Shown piece after piece: positions 56,318 through 64,000 of a stretch of 64,000 bases of DNA (its first letter is position 1; every line of letters begins with the position of its first letter). A program made the translations under genes and the position numbers. This DNA comes from an uncultured Alphaproteobacteria bacterium (lineage in GTDB: Bacteria > Pseudomonadota > Alphaproteobacteria > Rhizobiales > Xanthobacteraceae), in the NCBI GenBank assembly GCA_963785665.1, contig CAWAWF010000022.1, positions 242,267 through 306,266 on the forward strand, written 5' to 3'. Under the pieces are notes generated by a model. That model made no database searches and was not told where the DNA came from. It worked only from the letters and a program-made list of their open reading frames with translations.

Positions 56318-57534
56318 ATGTTGCGTCATGTAGTTGTTGTTGGTGTTTGGACGTGCGCGTTCGCGCTTGGATTTGTTAAGTGTGCCGATGCGGGTTGGAT
56401 TGATGCAGCCACCGGTCAGCCGGTGCATGTTACCCCTGTCGGCACGACAGCGGATACTTTGACAGCAAACACTTACGGCGATCACGATCACGCATATCTC
56501 GCGAGGGCCAGAATCTCTTCTGGGACAAAGCGTGCGGCACATGGCGTGACGCTAAAACAAATGATGAAGTGCATGTAACCCCTGTCGGCACGACAGCGGA
56601 TACTTTGACAGCGAACACTTACGGCGATCACGATCACGCATATCTTGCGAGGTCGGGCCAGAATCTCTTCTGGCAGCCTTGTCCACCACCTTCGACCACG
56701 ACCGGCGTGAGCGGCGGCATCCAAGTCAGCGTCTCGCTCGGCACGTCTTCCACATCAACGAGCTTCGTCAACGTCAGCACATTCTCTGCCGGTGGCCCAG
56801 ACGCTGTTGCAGACAATCGCGCCCATGCTTCCGGCACCGGCGTTGTCGGTGGAGTGGGCTTCGTCGCCCCGATCTGGCAAGACATACCCAGCGAAGAAAC
56901 GCTCTGGGACAGGCTCGGCAAAATCCTCTTTCCGCTGGGCGAGCTGTCGCCACGTTCGCAATACGCACCCGAAGCTAAGAACGCCTACGCTGCGTATTTT
57001 CCGCTCAAGGCTCCGCCGAAGCGTCAAGCGCGTGGATGGTCGGGAGGCGTGGACGGCAATGTGTATTTCTTCGGTGGTGGTGACGGCCACATAACTGGCA
57101 TTCCGGGTGGGCCGTTTGGCACTGCGACCGGCATCGACAGTTTTAGGGTCAGCAACAATTTCATGTTCACGTTCGGCGGCTGGATCACCGCGCCTATCGC
57201 GTCAAACTGGAGTTTGTCGCTGACCGGCGGCTTGGCCGAGTTGAATCAAACCGTGAAATATAACTGCGTCACGTTCTGCACGTTCATACCGCCAACCGCC
57301 GCCTTCACCGCGTCACAGGACCGATGGGTAACGGGCGGCTATGTCGGGGGCCGTGTGGCCATGCCGGTGGCTCTGCCGGGCTTCCCTGGGGCCAGCATCG
57401 GCCTCGATTACAAGCATGTGTTCTTCGGCAACTACAACGCTTCGCTTGGCACCGTGGCCACGCGCCAAGTCAACGCGCGGCTGTCACCGGATATGGACTT
57501 GGTGACAGCGCGGCTGGCTCTACCGATACGGTAG
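56318..57534 (+). CDS. probable outer-membrane beta-barrel protein with N-terminal tandem repeat (4-nt frameshift near 56505)
   Basis: Signal peptide (..CADA-GW), two 50-aa repeats, PLKAPP..WSG motif, amphipathic strands (SLTGGLA, GGYVGG, GLDYKHVFFG). Confidence 0.65.
56423..56673 (+). repeat. tandem direct repeat (56423-56523 and 56569-56673)
   Basis: 101/105-bp copies differing by three substitutions and one 4-nt indel. Confidence 0.95.
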
Positions 57535-57544
57535 CGGCCAAGCG

Positions 57545-57739
57545 GTGGCCACCCGCGAACACCGGCTAGCAGAATTCAACCAAGGCCCGCCACCGCCGGG
57601 CCAGCTACAAGTGCTGTGCGAGGATCACAACGGCACATACCTGCTGCCCTTTGCGTGTGAGTGGCGCGATGGCGTTTGGTACGGCAACGGCCGGGCAATT
57701 GAAGCAACGGTGGTTGGGTGGCGACCGGCGCGGTGGTGA
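57545..57739 (+). CDS. small hypothetical protein
   Basis: VLCEDHNGTYLLPFACEW..W..IEATVVGWR; protein-like composition; GTG start. Confidence 0.6.
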   Translation: MATREHRLAEFNQGPPPPGQLQVLCEDHNGTYLLPFACEWRDGVWYGNGRAIEATVVGWRPARW

Positions 57740-57927
57740 TGGAGATTCGCGCAATGGATATTTGGGAAGCGGGCCAACTCTCTAATCGCATCCGTAGTTG
57801 GATCATTCTGGCGATGCTAGCGGGGGCCGTCGTCTACACGTTGTTTTCTGTTGCCCACGATATTGTCTGGCCACCGCCCGCCAAACCGGCCGTGCAGCCT
57901 GCATCCGGTCCGGTGCGCGCTCGATAG
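57739..57927 (+). CDS. small hypothetical membrane protein
   Basis: TGATG coupling to the upstream ORF; one TM helix. Confidence 0.5.
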   Translation: MEIRAMDIWEAGQLSNRIRSWIILAMLAGAVVYTLFSVAHDIVWPPPAKPAVQPASGPVRAR

Positions 57928-58052
57928 CGCTCGCTACACAGCGCGCGTCGGGCTCCGGCGTCCCCGTGCTTCCTTTGGTGACGGCGACCGCCTGGCTTGT
58001 TGGTGCCTGTGGCGCGGGTTTTCCAAGCGGACAGCGGGGTTTACGGGCCGAT

Positions 58053-58081
58053 TTGCACTGCCGGAAGGTGGCCGCTATATA
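58053..58081 (+). promoter_or_regulatory. sigma70-type promoter of the intact tRNA-Pro
   Basis: TTGCAC-N17-TATATA followed by a GC-rich discriminator GCGCCC. Confidence 0.65.
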
Positions 58082-58092
58082 GCGCCCTCAGT

Positions 58093-58169
<77 letters not shown>

Positions 58170-58294
58170 ATCCTGTGTGCGATGTCCCGGATCGCGCCGA
58201 TCAGCTTCAAAACGACGTCGGAATCACCCTTGCCCGCCAAACGGCGGGTATGCAGGATGGTTGCTTCGCACGCGCCCTCGAACCTGTTCTAGCC

Positions 58295-58501
58295 ATGACC
58301 TCCACCCGCATCCTCGTTGGAATGCTGCTGTTGCTCGCCGCGCCGGGCGGGGCCGGCGCCGTGGAGAAAACCAACGACGCGGTCTGGCGGGAGCGGATCG
58401 AGACCGACTGCAAGCTGCAGGCGAAAAAATATTACTCCGTGCTGCACTTCAAGAAGCGCCGCATGTTCATGAAGCATTGCGTCGAACGGGCCTATCGGTG
58501 A
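58295..58501 (+). CDS. small secreted protein with PsiF-like Cys motif
   Basis: Signal peptide; CKLQAKK..LHFKKRRMFMKHC resembles the PsiF repeat. Confidence 0.55.
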   Translation: MTSTRILVGMLLLLAAPGGAGAVEKTNDAVWRERIETDCKLQAKKYYSVLHFKKRRMFMKHCVERAYR

Positions 58502-58968
58502 ACGGCCTGTTGCGACGAACGCTGGGTATCGTTCCTGCGGTCGGCGCGGTTGTGGCGTTGCTCGCAGCGGCACCGCCGGCGCTGGCTCAGGGCACGTTCG
58601 GCATGGCCGGGGTGCAGTGCAGCCAGTTCAACCAGGCGGCGCGCAAGAGCGACATGCTCTATCACCAGGCCTCGCAATGGCTGTTGGGCTACGTCAGCGG
58701 CATGAACGCGGCGATGCGGTCGGCCAAGGGCACAACGCCGGTCAGCAACATGACCAGCGACCAGGTGCTCAAATCGGCCGGCGATTATTGCGACGCCCAT
58801 CCGGGCAGCAATCTCGCGAACGCAGCGAACGAGTGGTACGCCTCGCTGCCGAAGCAGACCGATCCGCAGGCCGCGGCCGAAGCGAAATCGGAATCGCGAG
58901 GCAGCGGCAGCCTGATCCTCAATCTCGACACCGCGCCAAAGAACAAGCCGCTGCTCGACCGCCACTGA
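58498..58968 (+). CDS. secreted HdeA/HdeB-like protein
   Basis: Signal peptide; CSQF..WLLGYVSG..YCDAHP..LANAA pattern; GTGA overlap with the upstream ORF. Confidence 0.6.
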   Translation: MNGLLRRTLGIVPAVGAVVALLAAAPPALAQGTFGMAGVQCSQFNQAARKSDMLYHQASQWLLGYVSGMNAAMRSAKGTTPVSNMTSDQVLKSAGDYCDAHPGSNLANAANEWYASLPKQTDPQAAAEAKSESRGSGSLILNLDTAPKNKPLLDRH

Positions 58969-59006
58969 GGGCAGGCGTCATCGGCAACGCGCGGTTTGTG
59001 GCCGCT

Positions 59007-59300
59007 CTAGAAAATGCTGTGATGTTCGTCGATCAGATCGACGCCGACCACGTTGGCCTTGCGCCAGACCACGCGGGCGTTGTGCGCGATTTCGCCGATC
59101 AGGACATGCACTTCGGCCGGCAGCACGACGTCGTCAGGCAATTCCAGCCGCATTCCCGTCACTGAATGGTCGAGCAGCGCGCAAGTGAACGGCGCGCGGC
59201 CGTCGCAAGGATCGAGGCGCATGCTGTATTGCCGATTGATCTCGGCGCGCGGAGCGTCACGGCGGTCGGCAAAGTCGGCGGCGGTTGGAACTTGGTCCAT
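59007..59300 (-). CDS. PilZ domain protein
   Basis: RRDAPR (RxxxR), DHSVTG (DxSxxG) and VVWRK..VGV motifs. Confidence 0.88.
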   Translation of the reverse strand: MDQVPTAADFADRRDAPRAEINRQYSMRLDPCDGRAPFTCALLDHSVTGMRLELPDDVVLPAEVHVLIGEIAHNARVVWRKANVVGVDLIDEHHSIF

Positions 59301-59361
59301 GGGCGATGTTTGTAACAGGTAGAGTTTAACGTTCGGCTACAACTTAGTGTTGATGGCTGGT

Positions 59362-59631
59362 TTACAACGGCTCGACGCCGGTCTGAGTCAGTTTCTCCAG
59401 CGTATCGAGCGCGCGGCGCTGCAGCAGCGCGACACTCGGGTCGGCGCTCGCCGGTTCGCTCGACAACAACGCCGGCCAAGGTTCAGCCAAGCCGCTGTTG
59501 TCGCGCGAGGCACTGGTCGCGCCGCTCAAATGCATCATGGCGACCACCAGCAAGCCCAGCACCAGGCCATGCCAGCGGCGCGTCTGCGCCACGATCTCGG
59601 ACAACGTCATCGCAAGCCCCCCGGCTGCCAT
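59362..59631 (-). CDS. hypothetical membrane-anchored protein
   Basis: Single hydrophobic segment; same strand as and upstream of pilZ. Confidence 0.45.
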   Translation of the reverse strand: MAAGGLAMTLSEIVAQTRRWHGLVLGLLVVAMMHLSGATSASRDNSGLAEPWPALLSSEPASADPSVALLQRRALDTLEKLTQTGVEPL

Positions 59632-59809
59632 CGTTGCGACATGCTTACACCACGGGTGTCGACATCGCGTTTCGTGGAACCCCGGAAATCGGCTGTCGCT
59701 GTTAAGTCAAAATCAACCGCGTCGGCTGGCGCGGCCCATCGCCGCGCGGGTTTTCGCGACGGCTCGATCCCTGCTAACGTCGCGCTGTTTCAAGCCGGGA
59801 CATCACAGC

Positions 59810-60778
59810 ATGACCATCAGTCGTCGCCGCGCGCTTGCGCTGGCAGGGGCCGTTGCGGGAAGCGCGGCGCTGCCCGCCCGCGCGCAGCAGAACTGGCCGC
59901 CGCGGCCGCTCCGCATCCTGATCGGCACGTCGCCCGGCGGCAGCCCGGACATCGTCGGCAGGGTGCTGGCCGACAAGATGGCCGACCGGCTCGGCACCAT
60001 CACGGTCGAGAACAACACCGGCGGCGGTGGCGGCATCGCCGCCAGCATGGTGACGCACGCGCCGCCCGATGGCACCACTATGACCTTGCTGACGGCGGGC
60101 TGGGCCAGCGGCGCCGCGGTCGGCAAATTCCCGTTCGATGGCGACAACACCTTCGGCTTTCTGTCGATGGTCTGCGCCTATCCGTTCATCTTCCAGGTGC
60201 CGAACAACTCGCCGATCAAGTCGTTTCCCGATCTCATCGCCCGCGCCAAGGCCAACCCCGGCAAGATCACCTATGTCATCACCTCGCTCGGCTCGATCTA
60301 TCACCTGATCGGGAGCTGGGTGAACGCCAAGGCCGGCGTCGAACTGGTGCCGGTGCCCTATCGCGGCTCGGCCAATGCCGTCACCGACGTGCTCGGCGGG
60401 CGCGTCGACGTCATGCTCGACACCGCGACCTCGGGTTTCCCGCGCGTCGCCAACGGCCAGTTCCGCGCGCTCGCGGTGACATCGCCCGAGCGCTACCCGT
60501 TGCTGCCAGACGCGCCGACCGTGGCCGAGACACTCCCCGGCGTGCACTACATGTCCTGGCTCGGCATGGCGGCCGCGCCGCATACGCCGCGGCCGATCGT
60601 CGATCGGCTCAACGCGGAGCTTCATCGCGCCATGGCGCTGCCCGAGGTTGAGGCCAAGTTCAGGGAAGGCGGCAGCATCGCGACGCCGACCACGCCGGAA
60701 GGCATGGGCCGGCAGATGGCCGACGAGATCGCCGGCTGGAAGCAGCTCGTCGAGGCCAATCACATCCAGATGCAGTAG
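59810..60778 (+). CDS. Bug/TctC family substrate-binding protein (Tat signal)
   Basis: SRRRAL, PGGSPD, PPDGTT and VPYRGS motifs. Confidence 0.9.
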   Translation: MTISRRRALALAGAVAGSAALPARAQQNWPPRPLRILIGTSPGGSPDIVGRVLADKMADRLGTITVENNTGGGGGIAASMVTHAPPDGTTMTLLTAGWASGAAVGKFPFDGDNTFGFLSMVCAYPFIFQVPNNSPIKSFPDLIARAKANPGKITYVITSLGSIYHLIGSWVNAKAGVELVPVPYRGSANAVTDVLGGRVDVMLDTATSGFPRVANGQFRALAVTSPERYPLLPDAPTVAETLPGVHYMSWLGMAAAPHTPRPIVDRLNAELHRAMALPEVEAKFREGGSIATPTTPEGMGRQMADEIAGWKQLVEANHIQMQ

Positions 60779-60879
60779 CGCCGGGGAGGGGCTTCCCCGC
60801 GCCGCGTCCGCCGCGTAGCCTTTGCGCAAATATACGGGCGGTGAGGTTCAACGCCGCCACGACAGGGAGAGCAACGCCG

Positions 60880-61857
60880 ATGATGAAGCGCCGTGACTTT
60901 CTGCTTGCGTCCGCTGGGGGGCTGGTCGCGGCTCCGTTCGTCAGGACGCAGGCCTTCGCCGCCGATTATCCGACCAAGCCGGTGCACTGGATCGTCGGCT
61001 ACGTGCCGGGCGGTACCACCGACATTCTGGCCCGGCTGATCGGCGCCTACCTGTCCGAAAAGATCGGCCAGCAGTTCATCATCGAGAACAAGGCTGGCGC
61101 CGGCAACAACCTCGCGGTCGAGGCGGTGCTGGCGGCTCCCGCCGACGGCTACAATGTGCTGCTGGTGAATCCGGCCAACGGCATCAACGCCACGCTCTAC
61201 AAGAGGCTGTCGTTCAATTTCATCCGCGACATCGCCCCGGTCGGCGGCATCCTCCGTGTGCCGAACGTCATGGTGGTCAACAACGATGTGCCGGCCAAGA
61301 CCGTGCAGGAGTTCATCGACTATGCCAAGGCCAACCCGGGCAAGGTCAACATGGCGTCATCCGGCAACGGCACCTCGGTGCACCTGTCGGGCGAATTGTT
61401 CATGGCGATGACCGGCGTGAAGATGACGCATGTGCCGTACCGCGGCTCCAATCCGGCCCTGACCGACATCATGGGCGGCCAGTGCCAAGTGCTGTTCGAC
61501 AACATGCCGTCGTCGCTGCCGCTGATCCAAGGCGGCAAGATCCGCGCGCTAGCGGTCACCACCGACAAGCGCGCCGACTATCTCCCGAACGTCCCGACGA
61601 TCGCCGAGACGGTGAAGGGCTACGAGGCGAGCGCCTGGTTCGGCATGGGCGCCAAGGCCGGCACGCCGCCGGACATCATCGGCTTCCTCAACAAGCACAT
61701 CGAGGCCGCGCTGGCCGATCCCAAGATGCAGAAGAAGCTCTCCGACCTCGGCGGCGCCCCAATGGGCGGCACGCCGGCCGACTTCGGCAAGATCATCGCC
61801 ACTGAGACTGAGAAGTGGAAGAAGGTGGTCGAGTTCTCTGGCGCCAGCATCGACTAG
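60880..61857 (+). CDS. Bug/TctC family substrate-binding protein (Tat signal)
   Basis: KRRDFL, YPTKPV, PGGTTD, ENKAGAG and HVPYRG motifs. Confidence 0.93.
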   Translation: MMKRRDFLLASAGGLVAAPFVRTQAFAADYPTKPVHWIVGYVPGGTTDILARLIGAYLSEKIGQQFIIENKAGAGNNLAVEAVLAAPADGYNVLLVNPANGINATLYKRLSFNFIRDIAPVGGILRVPNVMVVNNDVPAKTVQEFIDYAKANPGKVNMASSGNGTSVHLSGELFMAMTGVKMTHVPYRGSNPALTDIMGGQCQVLFDNMPSSLPLIQGGKIRALAVTTDKRADYLPNVPTIAETVKGYEASAWFGMGAKAGTPPDIIGFLNKHIEAALADPKMQKKLSDLGGAPMGGTPADFGKIIATETEKWKKVVEFSGASID

Positions 61858-61881
61858 GCGCGCGCTTGCTCCGCGGAGCGG

Positions 61882-62874
61882 CTACTCGTTCTTGATGCCA
61901 AGCTCGGTGATCAGCTTGCCGTAGGTCGCGGCGAAGCCGTCGATATGCTTCTTGAGATTGGCCGGCGTGTTGTCGGCGCGCTCGGTGACGTCGAGACCGA
62001 AGCTGGTCAGCCGGTCGCGCACGCCCTTGTCGTCGAGCGCGGTGACGAACGCTGCGTTGAGCGCGGCCAGCACCGGCTCGGGTATGCCCTTCGGACCGAT
62101 CACGAAAATCCAGATCGCGGTGGAGTAGTCGAGCTTCGCCGCCTCCTTGACGGTCGGCACGTCGGGCAGCTGCGTCAGCCTGCGGTCTCCGGTGACGGCC
62201 ATGGCTGTGAGCCTGCCCTCCTTGATGTGCGGCATCGACAGCGTCGGTGTGTCGAACGTGAGCTGGACCTCGTTCTGCAGCAGCGCCTGCAGCATCGGCG
62301 CGTTGCCCCGATAGGGCACATGGACCATATCGATGCCGGCAGTCTTGACGAACTGCATGCCGCCGAGATGCTGCGGCCCGGCGATGCCCGACGAGCCCCA
62401 GGTGATCTTGCCAGGGTGGGCGCGCACATAGGTGAGGAACTCCGGCAAGGTCTTGAATAGCGACGTGCTGGCCTGGTTCGTCGCCATGACGAACATCGTC
62501 GAGTAGATGGCGGCAACCGGTGTGAAGTCGTTGCTCGGATGCCACGGCAGGTGGTTTAGCGCCGGCAGCGTGGCATGCGAGCTGGTGGTCGCCAGCAGCG
62601 TGTAGCCGTCGGGGTCCGATCGCATCAGCTCGTTGACGGCGATGGCGCCGCCGGCGCCGGGTTTGCTCTCGACCAGCACCGGTTGGCCGGTGTTCTCGCT
62701 GATCTTCTGCCCAACGAGCCGCGCCACCACATCGACGCCGCCGCCCGGCGCGAACGGCACCAAAAGCCGGATCGGCTTGCTGGGAAATTTCGCCTGAGCG
62801 TGCGCGTCGGGGACGGTGGCACCGACCGTCAACGCGGTCAGTGCCGCGACCAGTATCAGCTCGATTCTCGGCAT
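61882..62874 (-). CDS. Bug/TctC family substrate-binding protein
   Basis: FPSKPIRLLVPFAPGGGVD, PDGYTLL and HVPYRG motifs. Confidence 0.93.
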   Translation of the reverse strand: MPRIELILVAALTALTVGATVPDAHAQAKFPSKPIRLLVPFAPGGGVDVVARLVGQKISENTGQPVLVESKPGAGGAIAVNELMRSDPDGYTLLATTSSHATLPALNHLPWHPSNDFTPVAAIYSTMFVMATNQASTSLFKTLPEFLTYVRAHPGKITWGSSGIAGPQHLGGMQFVKTAGIDMVHVPYRGNAPMLQALLQNEVQLTFDTPTLSMPHIKEGRLTAMAVTGDRRLTQLPDVPTVKEAAKLDYSTAIWIFVIGPKGIPEPVLAALNAAFVTALDDKGVRDRLTSFGLDVTERADNTPANLKKHIDGFAATYGKLITELGIKNE

Positions 62875-62989
62875 TGGCGTTCTCCGGCGACACGCCACTT
62901 CCTGGGCGCTTGCTCACCAAGTGTACCGCTTCCGCCTCGGATTGGAATGAGCCTAGTATGCGGCCCAAGCTCGCGCACATGAGGATGCA

Positions 62990-64000
<1,011 letters not shown>

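Noticed and set aside
56423-56673. Direct repeats as a CRISPR array or DGR template/variable repeat pair
   Set aside because: Only two copies of about 100 bp, in frame within a gene, differing at synonymous positions; no cas or reverse transcriptase gene nearby.

Overview
High-GC alphaproteobacterial chromosome segment. Gene content, orphan Bug/TctC genes and CGTC-type palindromic repeats point to Hyphomicrobiales, probably Xanthobacteraceae/Nitrobacteraceae-like (inference). Most of the window is housekeeping: cydA 5' end, NCS2 permease, family-4 UDG, ETF-QO, TPR-ispE, ispB, glyQ-CDGSH-glyS-ppdK, a TAXI-TRAP transporter, a SleB-like hydrolase, nadA-nadC with NadQ-type operators, tandem MFS genes plus acuI, the ygfZ-tag-HD-PTP-nadQ-DUF2339 run, SRAP, tsaC, MmgE/PrpD and an IlvD-family dehydratase. 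Many genes, including essential ones, are broken by mostly +1 indels, which is best explained by unpolished long-read error. The only clearly accessory region is about 54.5-58.2 kb. There the tRNA-Pro(CGG) promoter and 5' part are duplicated. The left, decayed copy is split by a complete 1399-bp IS256 (8-bp target duplication GAGTGTAG) and the right copy is intact. Between them lies a roughly 2-kb islet encoding a probable outer-membrane beta-barrel with an unrecognised 50-aa tandem repeat. Other points of interest: nadB is missing from the nad operon, a CDGSH Fe-S gene is coupled inside glyQS, an E2-like acyltransferase/GT21/methyltransferase cluster, a DUF2007-methyltransferase fusion and scattered CtrA-like boxes. 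I saw no CRISPR array, integrase, reverse transcriptase or recognisable defence system. I cannot claim a definite new system; the best candidates are ranked in the findings.
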